A DNA stretch of 20,672 nt from Oculatellaceae cyanobacterium bins.114 (lineage in GTDB: Bacteria; Cyanobacteriota; Cyanobacteriia; Elainellales; Elainellaceae). Every line of letters starts with the position of its first letter. Positions within the stretch are counted from its first letter, which is position 1. Below the pieces are notes generated by a model. That model was not told where the DNA came from. It worked only from the letters and a program-made list of their open reading frames with translations, and did not search any database. The translations under genes were made by a program, and so were the position numbers. The stretch lies in the NCBI GenBank assembly GCA_033764315.1, contig JANRJA010000189.1:1-20672 (forward strand), read 5' to 3'. Below, piece after piece: positions 1 to 8,304 of this stretch.

Positions 1-191
1 CCCGTTAACAAGACTACGCCAATGCGAGTGTCTTCTCTGGCATTTGTGAATGCATCGTCGAGTTCAACAATGGTTTTGGGGCGAAAGGCATTGCGCTTGT
101 GAGGACGATTGATCGTAATTTTGGCGATGCCATCTGCTTTGTGATAAAGAATGTCTTCGTAGGTTTTTGCAACCTGCCAATCAACTTGCAT
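1..191 (-). CDS. menB: 1,4-dihydroxy-2-naphthoyl-CoA (naphthoate) synthase, 5' portion; gene runs off the window
   Basis: Manual translation from ATG at 191 gives [64 protein letters not shown]. This is the typical MenB/crotonase N-terminus (ITINRP..RNAFRP), downstream of menD. It is absent from the ORF track because it has no stop within the window. Confidence 0.95.
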   Translation of the reverse strand, partial: MQVDWQVAKTYEDILYHKADGIAKITINRPHKRNAFRPKTIVELDDAFTNAREDTRIGVVLLT

Positions 192-210
192 AGCGAAGAA
201 ATGAATTCTA

Positions 211-251
211 GTAATGTTGGTTGAGTTGCTAAGCAACCCACCCAACATTAC
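211..251. repeat. REP-like imperfect palindrome between the TerB-like gene and menB
   Basis: GTAATGTTGG-TTGAGTTGC-TAA-GCAACCCAC-CCAACATTAC: 10-bp perfect outer arms plus an inner GTTGC/GCAAC stem. Confidence 0.75.
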
Positions 252-264
252 CACTCAGGTTCTG

Positions 265-885
265 CTATCTTCCTGACTCGGTAGGTGACAGCACAGCCAA
301 AACACTCTTGGCAAAGTTGACACAGACAATGTCTAAAGATTCAAACAACAGAGGATTGAGCAGAGTTCTGACTTCTTCTAATGCGGCTGAGTCAGAGGGG
401 TCATGATGGACAAAACCAGCTTCTAGAACCTGAAGATGATGGTTTGGAACCTCAAGTCGATGGGCGATCGCCTGTAGATATAATCTCTCGCGCATATCCA
501 CTTCACCATCTGCCGATGCCGTTTCATAACCCAAACTCAGCACCAACAACCGCTCTGAGATGGATAAAGGAGCAGCTAGAGCTGAAAGATATTGAGGGTT
601 GAGATATATCTGATACTCTTCAACACCCTCAATAATTTTTTGCATGAGAGGATAAACGCTACTCCCCGGTGGAATAAACGCATTTAACAACGTTGTGAGA
701 TGGTGCTCTTCATCATCTGTAATCGTTCGATCAATCGCGACGACCCCGGACAAAACTGTGATCAATGCTGCCAAAAATAGGACTGTGGAATTTGAACTTT
801 GGGAGTTAACATCTTGTCCAGTAATTTTGGACACAAGAGTCAATCCATCAAGACCAGCCCGTACTTCATCCATTGATAGAATCAT
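265..885 (-). CDS. TerB-like (tellurite-resistance family) domain protein
   Basis: 206-aa helical protein with TerB-type motifs 'IDRTITDDEE' and 'ASADGEVDMRERLYL'. Confidence 0.75.
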   Translation of the reverse strand: MILSMDEVRAGLDGLTLVSKITGQDVNSQSSNSTVLFLAALITVLSGVVAIDRTITDDEEHHLTTLLNAFIPPGSSVYPLMQKIIEGVEEYQIYLNPQYLSALAAPLSISERLLVLSLGYETASADGEVDMRERLYLQAIAHRLEVPNHHLQVLEAGFVHHDPSDSAALEEVRTLLNPLLFESLDIVCVNFAKSVLAVLSPTESGR

Positions 886-968
886 AATTTGTCCATAACA
901 CTGTGACGGGTACTTGGCGTTTTGTCAACAGGATATTGCTACAAAAACACCTATTAAAAATCAATGTT

Positions 969-2771
969 TTATCTCAATTCATTTTTGTTAAACCCAAGCA
1001 TCTCTGGCATGAATTGAGCAAAGAAACGATGTCGCCATTGAGCATCTTGGGTTCGATTTGTACGTAGTTCTAGAACTCGAACACCTCTCTCTGGAAGTGG
1101 GTTCAGACAAGCCGATAATTGATCCCAATCTTGAATATGTTGATATTCCACTTCATAAGCTGCACATAATTGAGGAATATGAGCGCGTTGTGGAGTAGCA
1201 AAAAATTCTTCAAAGGGAGGATTAAATTGGGCGATCGGTAGCATTTCAAAAATGCCTCCTCCATTATTATTAATGACCAGAATGGTAAGATGACCGCTTA
1301 ATGCTCTGGTTAACAGAAAACCATTCGTATCATGAAGTAACGCTAAATCTCCGGTCAACAAGACGCTACTCTGATTGCGATGTGCTATACCCAACGCGGT
1401 AGACAAGGTGCCGTCGATGCCATTGGCACCCCGATTAAACCAAAGCTGAATTGTGGAGCAACCTGGACGCCAAAAACACTCCACATCTCGCACAGGCATA
1501 CTGTTAGCGATAAACAGGGGCGTCCCACTGGGCAAACATTGAGACAGCAACCAGGAAGCTTTCCCTTCAAACAACGCTTCTGTCTGGCTTAACGTCTGGT
1601 CGATGCAGCATCTAACGTGCGCGTCTATCTCACACCAGTGCTGCAAATATGATGCAGTCGGGTTGAGTGGTGGGGGTGAGACAGCAATATCTGCGGATCC
1701 TGATAGTGCACCGACAAGTTGCTCGATCGCCACGGGTAGATGAGTGGTTTTGAGATGCAACGGATCTAAATTGCGATCGCCCTGATCTACAATCCACTGC
1801 TGGGGTTGAGTGGCTGACAACCATTCTCGCAGTCGTTTGCTCGTTGGCATGTCTCCAACTCGAATGACGACATCTGGGGCGAGATGTTCCGCCCACGCTG
1901 GATTCCGCAAAATCAGATCATAGGTGGAAATGAGATGGGGGTTGAGATCGGCATAGTTGCGAACGGGTGATAGCCCCTCCGCTAAAACAGGAAAACCTAG
2001 TGTTTTGGCAAGATGGGCGATCGCTTGACAGTAAGCCTGAGGCGATCGCGATTGAGCAACTCCGGCAATGATGATGCCTCGGTCGGTGTGCAGCCATTGC
2101 GGGGGAATGGGGAATGAGGATACCGCAGTGAAAGGGAGAAAGCGTGAAGGCGCAAGTGGGTTTATAAAGTCGAAAAAATCAGCGGGAAAGTGATCAACCA
2201 GGTGTTGTGCCTCTGGCTGAGGAATAGGGGCAAGTGGGTCGCGAAAGGGCAGGTTGAGGTGAACGACTCCAGGAACAGGGTGGAGCGATCGCCCCCCGGC
2301 ATGAATCAACGTTTGGCGTAGGTAAGCCAGTTGACTCAGATCGAGGGATGGGACAGAGATCTCGCTGTACCAATTGGGAAAGGTGCCATACAGTTTTTGC
2401 TGGTCGATGGTTTGCCCAGAGTTACACGCCCGCAGCTCAGGGGGGCGATCGGCAGTCAAGATCAGCAGCGGCACTCGGCTCTCGTAGGCTTCAATCACGG
2501 CGGGGTAAAAGTTAGCTCCAGCAGTGCCAGAGGTGCACACCAAAACGGTAGGAATGCCTGTGCGACGAGCCATCCCCAGCGCAAAAAAGGCGGCTGACCG
2601 CTCATCTAAGACTGGAATCGCCTCGATCGCAGGGTGTTGGGCAAAGGCAACGGCTAATGGGGCAGAGCGAGAACCGGGGCAAATAATGGCAGTATGCACC
2701 CCCAATCGATGCAACGTTTCTACCAAAACAGACGCCCAAATCGAGTTGGTATTGCTGAAGTTTATAGACAT
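969..2771 (-). CDS. menD: 2-succinyl-5-enolpyruvyl-6-hydroxy-3-cyclohexene-1-carboxylate synthase
   Basis: Motifs ICPGSRSAPL, LDERSAAFFALG, CTSGTAGANFYPAVIEA, TADRPPELR, NRGANGIDGTLSTALG and the ThDP motif GDLALLHD...NNNGGGIF. The start is placed at ATG 2771 (MSINFSNTN); the longer ORF-track start overlaps the divergent gene. Confidence 0.96.
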   Translation of the reverse strand: MSINFSNTNSIWASVLVETLHRLGVHTAIICPGSRSAPLAVAFAQHPAIEAIPVLDERSAAFFALGMARRTGIPTVLVCTSGTAGANFYPAVIEAYESRVPLLILTADRPPELRACNSGQTIDQQKLYGTFPNWYSEISVPSLDLSQLAYLRQTLIHAGGRSLHPVPGVVHLNLPFRDPLAPIPQPEAQHLVDHFPADFFDFINPLAPSRFLPFTAVSSFPIPPQWLHTDRGIIIAGVAQSRSPQAYCQAIAHLAKTLGFPVLAEGLSPVRNYADLNPHLISTYDLILRNPAWAEHLAPDVVIRVGDMPTSKRLREWLSATQPQQWIVDQGDRNLDPLHLKTTHLPVAIEQLVGALSGSADIAVSPPPLNPTASYLQHWCEIDAHVRCCIDQTLSQTEALFEGKASWLLSQCLPSGTPLFIANSMPVRDVECFWRPGCSTIQLWFNRGANGIDGTLSTALGIAHRNQSSVLLTGDLALLHDTNGFLLTRALSGHLTILVINNNGGGIFEMLPIAQFNPPFEEFFATPQRAHIPQLCAAYEVEYQHIQDWDQLSACLNPLPERGVRVLELRTNRTQDAQWRHRFFAQFMPEMLGFNKNELR

Positions 2772-2802
2772 CTCCAGAGAGCCATACAGTCGGCACACTA
2801 AA

Positions 2803-2839
2803 CTTGTTACCCTATTGCTTGTTACCCTAATTGAGTAAC
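2803..2839. promoter_or_regulatory. Candidate regulator site in the 102-bp divergent menD/sulfatase-like promoter region
   Basis: CTTGTTACCCTA occurs at 2803-2814 and 2818-2829, overlapping GTTAC-N9-GTAAC (2821-2839). Confidence 0.35.
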
Positions 2840-2873
2840 GTGAAGGCTTAGCAAGACATTTAGGAAGTAGCTC

Positions 2874-4433
2874 ATGTCCATTCAGCGTCCAGATATCGTG
2901 TTTTTGGTGCTTGACACACAGAGAAGCGATCGCCTCTCCTGTTACGGCTATCCCAAACCCACCTCTCCAAACCTGGATGCTTTTGCGGCGGATGCAACTC
3001 TGTTCCGCAATGCCATTTCTGCTGCCCAGTGGACGGTGCCCTCCCACGCTTCTATGTTTACAGGGCTTTATCCCTCAGCTCACCAGGTGTTGCAGTCTTA
3101 TTCAGTCCTTCCTGCTCACATTAACACTTTGGCTGAACGCTTGAGCGCAGGAGGCTACTTTACAGCTGGGTTCTGTAACAATCCGCTGGTAGGAGTCATT
3201 AATAATGGATTGCGCCGAGGGTTTTACAGCTTCCTCAACTACAGTGGCTTACTCACTTCTCGACCCAATCAGGCGGGCATTCCCTCTGGGTTGCTCGATC
3301 GCTATCGTCAATTGTTTAAACGAATGCTGGCGGGTGCGCTCGATAAGGTGCAAGATTCGTTTGCTCGCTCAGAGTTATTACTGGCCTTTTCGTTTACGCC
3401 GCTGATGGTGCCGATTTGGCAAACAGCTCTTAGTTTTAAGGGCAACACCACTAAGTCCCTCGATGATGCTGCCCGGTTGTTGATCGACCGACGTGGACTT
3501 GAAGGCGATCGCCCCATTTTTACCTTCATTAACTTGATGGGCACTCACATGCCGTATCATCCACCCCGTTCCTATGTCGAGCGGTTTGCTCCGCATGTGT
3601 TGCGTGACAAAGAATCTCAGCATTATTTGCGACGGTTTAACGGAGACATCTATGGCTGGCTAGCTCCTTTAGCCGGGGCACTCGATGAGCGGCAAAAAGC
3701 CACCCTAGATGGCATGTATGACGCAGAAGTGGCCTATCAAGATGACCAGATTGGCTTGTTTTTAGAACGATTACGTCAGAGTGGTGCCCTCGATAATACG
3801 ATGGTCGTGGTCTGCTCTGATCATGGTGAGCACTTAGGTGAAAAACACTTTATTGGACACTCCATTTCGCTTTACAACGAGTTAGTGCAAGTCCCCCTGA
3901 TCATCCGTGACCCTGGTAACAATTTGACTCAGGGCACAACCCGAACCGATGTGGTTTCTACACGCTGTCTGTTTCACACCCTGTTAGCGGCTGCCGGATT
4001 AGCAGATGACTTAGAGGAAATGTCATCGCTAGCGCGTCCACCGGCAAACGAGTTAGAAGGGCATGTGTTTTCAGAGGCGATTCCTCCGCAAAATGTGGTC
4101 AGCTTGCTCTATAAACGGCAACCAGAGCTAGTGCTCTCTCATGCTTGTGACCAACCCCGACGAGCAATTTGGTTGGGCAATCATAAGTTAATTGAAACGG
4201 GAGACACGTCAGCCGCCGCCACCAATCGTTTAGAACTCTTTGATTTCCTCAATGATCCTTATGAGAATATGAACTTGACCGACATTCTGCCTGAGAATGT
4301 TGAAGTCTTGCAGGAATGTTTGCAGCTTTTTGCAGGGCAATCCACAGCCGTGATGTCAGACGAACGAGCACCCGGGTTTGATGATCCAGAAGTGCAACGT
4401 CGCCTTAGAGATTTAGGCTATCTAGAGGATTAG
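2874..4433 (+). CDS. Sulfatase-like hydrolase/transferase (alkaline phosphatase superfamily) with Thr at the nucleophile position
   Basis: Motifs VLDTQRSD, TSPNLD, WTVPSHASMFTG, THMPY, YDAEVAYQD and SDHGE, plus the C-terminal RLRDLGYLE tail. Confidence 0.9.
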   Translation: MSIQRPDIVFLVLDTQRSDRLSCYGYPKPTSPNLDAFAADATLFRNAISAAQWTVPSHASMFTGLYPSAHQVLQSYSVLPAHINTLAERLSAGGYFTAGFCNNPLVGVINNGLRRGFYSFLNYSGLLTSRPNQAGIPSGLLDRYRQLFKRMLAGALDKVQDSFARSELLLAFSFTPLMVPIWQTALSFKGNTTKSLDDAARLLIDRRGLEGDRPIFTFINLMGTHMPYHPPRSYVERFAPHVLRDKESQHYLRRFNGDIYGWLAPLAGALDERQKATLDGMYDAEVAYQDDQIGLFLERLRQSGALDNTMVVVCSDHGEHLGEKHFIGHSISLYNELVQVPLIIRDPGNNLTQGTTRTDVVSTRCLFHTLLAAAGLADDLEEMSSLARPPANELEGHVFSEAIPPQNVVSLLYKRQPELVLSHACDQPRRAIWLGNHKLIETGDTSAAATNRLELFDFLNDPYENMNLTDILPENVEVLQECLQLFAGQSTAVMSDERAPGFDDPEVQRRLRDLGYLED

Positions 4434-4481
4434 TAATGCAGAAAGGCTGAAAGATAAAGGCTGAAGGATAAAAACTAGCCT

Positions 4482-4575
4482 TACAGCAATTTTCATTTGT
4501 GTATACCACATCAACGTGTTGTATCGCCTGAATCCCAGTTATTTGCTGTGTGGCACTCGTCTGAAAACCGCTGTA
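4482..4575. mobile_element. About 90-bp MITE-like element with terminal inverted repeats, flanked by TA
   Basis: Left end TACAGCAATTTTCA versus reverse complement of right end TACAGCGGTTTTCA (12/14 identical), with further inner pairing (CCACA/TGTGG). TA on both sides fits IS630/Tc1-type target duplication. Confidence 0.65.
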
Positions 4576-4654
4576 AATTGATTTTGATCCTTCATTCTGT
4601 GTCTCTGATCGTTTCTTTCTATCCCTTATCCTTGATATTTTGATCCTTAATTAT

Positions 4655-5539
4655 ATGTATCCTCCCGTTGATCCCACCATCGAAATTAATTTGGGTTTTA
4701 GAACCCTTGAGCTGCACTGGTATGGGCTGTTGATGGCGACAGCTGTAATTGTTGGCTCCCAAATTGCCAGTTCTGAGGTGGAACGCCGAGGACAAAAGGG
4801 CGATGACTTCTGGGATATGTTGATCTGGGTACTCATCCCCGGTTTTATTGGGGCGCGTCTCTATTACGTCTTTATTCAGTCACCCCGAGGAGAGGGTGGT
4901 TTAATGAGTTATTTAGAGCACCCAGCGACAATCTTTAAAGTTTGGGAGGGTGGCATTCACATCTTTGGGGGCTTTATCTTTGGAGCGATCGCCCTTTACC
5001 TCTATACCCGCATTAAGCGATTGCCAGGGTTAGTGTTTCTCGATGCGATCGCGCTGGGTTTACCTCTAGCTCAAGCCATTGGGCGTTGGGGCAACTTCAT
5101 TAACCAGGAGTTATACGGACCTCCGACAACCCTCCCGTGGGGCTTGAAAATTGACTGCGATCGCCGCCTTCCTCCCTATAACAATGGTTGTGATCCCAGA
5201 CTTCCTGTTGATCCCAATACAGAGGTTTATCCCCTCAGTACTCACTTTCAACCCCTCTTTCTCTACGAATCGCTCTGGAACTTTGTAGGGTTTGGACTGA
5301 TCTTTTGGATCTCCCGCCGCTTCAAACACCAACTCAAAGATGGCGATCTGACTCTGCTCTATCTAATCTGGTATCCACTAGGACGGTTCTTCATCGAGTT
5401 TCTCCGCACCGACTCCTGGTTCTTCCCTGGCACTCCCTTCAACGTCGTTCACATTCTCAGTGCGATCGCCATTCTCGCTGCCGGAATTGGGCTATACGTT
5501 CGTCATCAAGATAGTGCACCACAACAGCTAAAAGAGTAG
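4655..5539 (+). CDS. lgt: Prolipoprotein diacylglyceryl transferase (Lgt family), atypical
   Basis: Motifs HWYG, GARLYYV, QAIGRWGNFINQELYG, LPWG, LYES and GRFFIEFLRTD, with several hydrophobic TM segments. ATG 4655 is preferred over TTG 4640. Confidence 0.9.
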   Translation: MYPPVDPTIEINLGFRTLELHWYGLLMATAVIVGSQIASSEVERRGQKGDDFWDMLIWVLIPGFIGARLYYVFIQSPRGEGGLMSYLEHPATIFKVWEGGIHIFGGFIFGAIALYLYTRIKRLPGLVFLDAIALGLPLAQAIGRWGNFINQELYGPPTTLPWGLKIDCDRRLPPYNNGCDPRLPVDPNTEVYPLSTHFQPLFLYESLWNFVGFGLIFWISRRFKHQLKDGDLTLLYLIWYPLGRFFIEFLRTDSWFFPGTPFNVVHILSAIAILAAGIGLYVRHQDSAPQQLKE

Positions 5540-5556
5540 ATAGGGGGAATAGGTAA

Positions 5557-5732
5557 AGTTTTGAGTTTTGAGTTTTGAGTTTTGAGTTAGTGGTTCAAGG
5601 CAAGGTCATTCAAAACTCATCCTTCATCATTCATCACTCTCCTTCCTTCACCACTCTCCTTAATGAATTTTGAGTTAGTGGTTCAAGGCAAGGTCATTCA
5701 AAACTCATCCTTCATCATTCATCACTCTCCTT
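5557..5732. repeat. STRR-type heptamer array plus an exact 65-bp direct duplication
   Basis: (AGTTTTG)x4 at 5557-5584. Identical 65-mers at 5580-5644 and 5668-5732. The internal TCAAAACTCA is complementary to the heptamer array. Confidence 0.9.
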
Positions 5733-5763
5733 ACACTCTCCCATTCTTTATTCCCAACTCCCT

Positions 5764-7155
5764 ATGTCTCCCTCTCCACGCCTCATCATCATTGGTCTAG
5801 ACTGTATGGAACCCTCCCTCGTCTTTGACCAGTGGCGATCTGATCTCCCTAACCTCTCTCGCCTGATGGCAACAGGTAGCTATGGACGGTTAGAGAGCAG
5901 CATTCCGGCGATCACCGTACCTGCTTGGAGTTGCATGATGAGTGGACGTGACCCAGGCGAGTTAGGAATCTATGGCTTTCGCAACCGCGCCGATCGCACC
6001 TATGGCAAAATGGCGATCGCAGATGGTCGGGCAGTCAAATTTCCTCGATTATGGGATGTGTTAGGTGAAGCAGGTTGGACGGTAGCAGTTCTTAGCGTTC
6101 CGGGGACATCTCCCCCTTATGCCGTCAATGGCTCCCTGGTGTCTTGCTTTTTGACCCCCAACACAGATACTCCTTACACCCACCCACCCCAACTGGCGGC
6201 GCAGATCAACGCCTGGATGCCAGACTTTTTACTAGACGTTCCCCATTTTCGCTCTGACGAAAAAGAACGCATCCTCAAAAACATTTACAGCCTATGCGAT
6301 CAACGTTTCACCCTGGCTGAGAAGCTATTGGCTCAGGACTCGCCCGATTTTTTGATGCTGGTGGATATGGGGGTTGATCGCATCCATCACTCCTTCTGGA
6401 AGCCAATGGATCCCCGGCATCCGCAATATGAACCGAATTCGCCTTATGCCAACGCCATCCACGACTATTACTGCTATGTTGATCGGCGCGTTGGGGAGTT
6501 ACTAGCTCAATGCAGCGATGAAACGGCTGTTTTAGTTGTCTCAGACCACGGAGCACGACCGCTCATGGGCGGCATTTGTGTCAACGAGTGGCTGATCAAG
6601 GAGGGCTATCTCACCTTAAAGGCAACCCCCAGTGAGCCTAAATCACTAGACGAAGTCGAAGTTGACTGGAGCCGCACCAAAGCCTGGGGCGCAGGTGGCT
6701 ATTACGGACGCATCTTCCTAAATGTGCAGGGACGAGAACCACAGGGCACGATCCCCATTGCGGAGTATGAAAAGGAGCGATCGCAACTCGCAGAAAAACT
6801 GGTCACAATCCCTGATCCCAATGGAAATCCATTGAATAACCGAGTCTTTAAACCCCAGCAGATTTATCAGAAAGTGCGGGGTGTCGCTCCTGATTTAATC
6901 GCCTACTTTGAAGAACTGGCATGGCGATCGGTGGGCACTGTCGGCAGCGGCACACTGCATACCCTCGATAACGACACTGGCCCCGATGATGCCAACCATG
7001 CTCCCTTTGGACTGATGATCTTCCACGACCCCAAAAATCCTAAAAATGGGCAACGTCTCGAAGGAGCACAGCTCTATGACATCTTGCCGACGCTCCTCTC
7101 ACGCTATGAAATCAAGCCTCCTGTTGGGTTGCGTGGCAAAGTCCTACCTGTATAA
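5764..7155 (+). CDS. Alkaline-phosphatase-superfamily type I phosphodiesterase / nucleotide pyrophosphatase (COG3379-like)
   Basis: Motifs IIGLDCM, PAITVPAWSCMMSG (Thr nucleophile), DRIHHSFW, VSDHG, VDWSRTKAW and the C-terminal NH. No evident signal peptide. Confidence 0.88.
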   Translation: MSPSPRLIIIGLDCMEPSLVFDQWRSDLPNLSRLMATGSYGRLESSIPAITVPAWSCMMSGRDPGELGIYGFRNRADRTYGKMAIADGRAVKFPRLWDVLGEAGWTVAVLSVPGTSPPYAVNGSLVSCFLTPNTDTPYTHPPQLAAQINAWMPDFLLDVPHFRSDEKERILKNIYSLCDQRFTLAEKLLAQDSPDFLMLVDMGVDRIHHSFWKPMDPRHPQYEPNSPYANAIHDYYCYVDRRVGELLAQCSDETAVLVVSDHGARPLMGGICVNEWLIKEGYLTLKATPSEPKSLDEVEVDWSRTKAWGAGGYYGRIFLNVQGREPQGTIPIAEYEKERSQLAEKLVTIPDPNGNPLNNRVFKPQQIYQKVRGVAPDLIAYFEELAWRSVGTVGSGTLHTLDNDTGPDDANHAPFGLMIFHDPKNPKNGQRLEGAQLYDILPTLLSRYEIKPPVGLRGKVLPV

Positions 7156-7596
7156 GTGGGATTAGAGTTTTGCCGAAGCTCCAACATCTTTAACCCATCA
7201 AGGTTTTACCCACTCCAACGAGTAGAACCAAAATCGGGCTTATGGTGGCGATTGTGCTGCAAACCCCATTTTCTCTAAGGATCACCTAAATCACCCGATT
7301 GGATGAGTCCAGGGAGTGAGGTGCGATCGCCCTCTAAATCGTATTGTTAAAAATATCCTCAAACTTCACCGTGTTGAATCTGGAATTTAACAGCCCTCTG
7401 TTGTAGTTGGAAAGAGAATATTGGCAGGTCATCTGGGAATAATTTGCATAAGCTTAATCACTGATGACGTTATGTTTCAAGAGTATGTAAAGTCTTACCC
7501 TAAGTTAAACAGGGATGCACAGTCCCTCTAGTAGAGTGAGATCAGTATAGATATTCAACTTATTTTTAATTGCTTATTGTGTGTGAGGTAAGGTTC

Positions 7597-8139
7597 ATGA
7601 CGCTACATTCTTTGACTCGTATCTTCCCATCGCGGACTTCTTTATTTCGTTCATTAGAAAAGCCATTAACAGGTCTGTTTGTAGCTATTGGTTTAATGGG
7701 TGTTGCTGCTCCACAATCTGCCACCCACGCCACCGAAGCACCCAGTTCTAGAAACTCTGTTGCGACTCAAGTAGCTCAAGGATCTGCGCAGACATTGCCC
7801 GATGGGGTTTACCTCTACGGTCAAGCGACTGAACCCGAGCAAATCGGCTCCGCTTACATGGTTTTTGAAGTTAGCCAAAACCAAGTGGTTGGGGCGTTCT
7901 ATATGCCCTACTCCTCCTTTGACTGTTTTCGGGGAGAGTTTCAGAGCGATCGCCTTGCTCTTAATGTAGTTGATAGCTATGAGCAAACTGTAAATCCTTA
8001 TTCCATTGCCTTGAACTCTGATGGTTCGGTCGCATCCACTGGAGAGGCGATCGCGCCGATAGGGTTAGAAGGGTTTAACCGGATGCAAACAGTGAGCGAT
8101 AACGATCGCCGCATTCTCGCCACCTGCCAAGCCGATTAG
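7597..8139 (+). CDS. Conserved cyanobacterial hypothetical protein, probably exported
   Basis: SD-like GAGGTAAGG precedes ATG 7597. A hydrophobic signal-like segment (LTGLFVAIGLMGVAA) is followed by a DGVYLYGQ..PEQIGSAYMVFEV domain with two Cys. Confidence 0.75.
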   Translation: MTLHSLTRIFPSRTSLFRSLEKPLTGLFVAIGLMGVAAPQSATHATEAPSSRNSVATQVAQGSAQTLPDGVYLYGQATEPEQIGSAYMVFEVSQNQVVGAFYMPYSSFDCFRGEFQSDRLALNVVDSYEQTVNPYSIALNSDGSVASTGEAIAPIGLEGFNRMQTVSDNDRRILATCQAD

Positions 8140-8170
8140 TAGATCAGGTAGAAGCCGATCGTCATTTAAT

Positions 8171-8194
8171 CAGGCTTGAACGTTTCTTGAGCCT
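8171..8194 (+). terminator. Possible hairpin/terminator after the hypothetical gene
   Basis: AGGCTTGA...TTGAGCCT stem with G-U pairs; no strong U-tract. Confidence 0.3.
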
Positions 8195-8304
8195 AATGCG
8201 GTAGTTAGCTCTGCATTGTCATGGTAGTGAGGTGCTTGATGCTCTGCTACCGCTACAATGCATTACGATAGGACAATCCTCACCTAAACTACGAGGCTCC
8301 TCCT

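Noticed and set aside
14-241. 75-aa minus-strand ORF from the track
   Set aside because: Out-of-frame shadow of the menB 5' end, which is clearly recognisable in another frame.
2772-3047. 92-aa N-terminal extension of MenD
   Set aside because: It overlaps the divergent sulfatase-like gene; MenD similarity begins at MSINFSNTN (2771).
5580-5732. Possible CRISPR mini-array (two repeats with a 23-nt gap)
   Set aside because: The repeat is 65 bp with only two copies, and the gap is itself made of local repeat sequence.
7483-7498. NtcA-like sites (GTA...TAC) here and at 19665-19676 and 15090-15099
   Set aside because: Spacings are N10/N6, N6 and N4, not the required N8.
7485-7545. Possible c-di-GMP-I riboswitch (GGGATGCACAGTCC resembles GGGACGCAAAGCC)
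   Set aside because: The upstream GGCAAA/GNRA stem and a proper second hairpin were not found; an Rfam cmscan would settle it.
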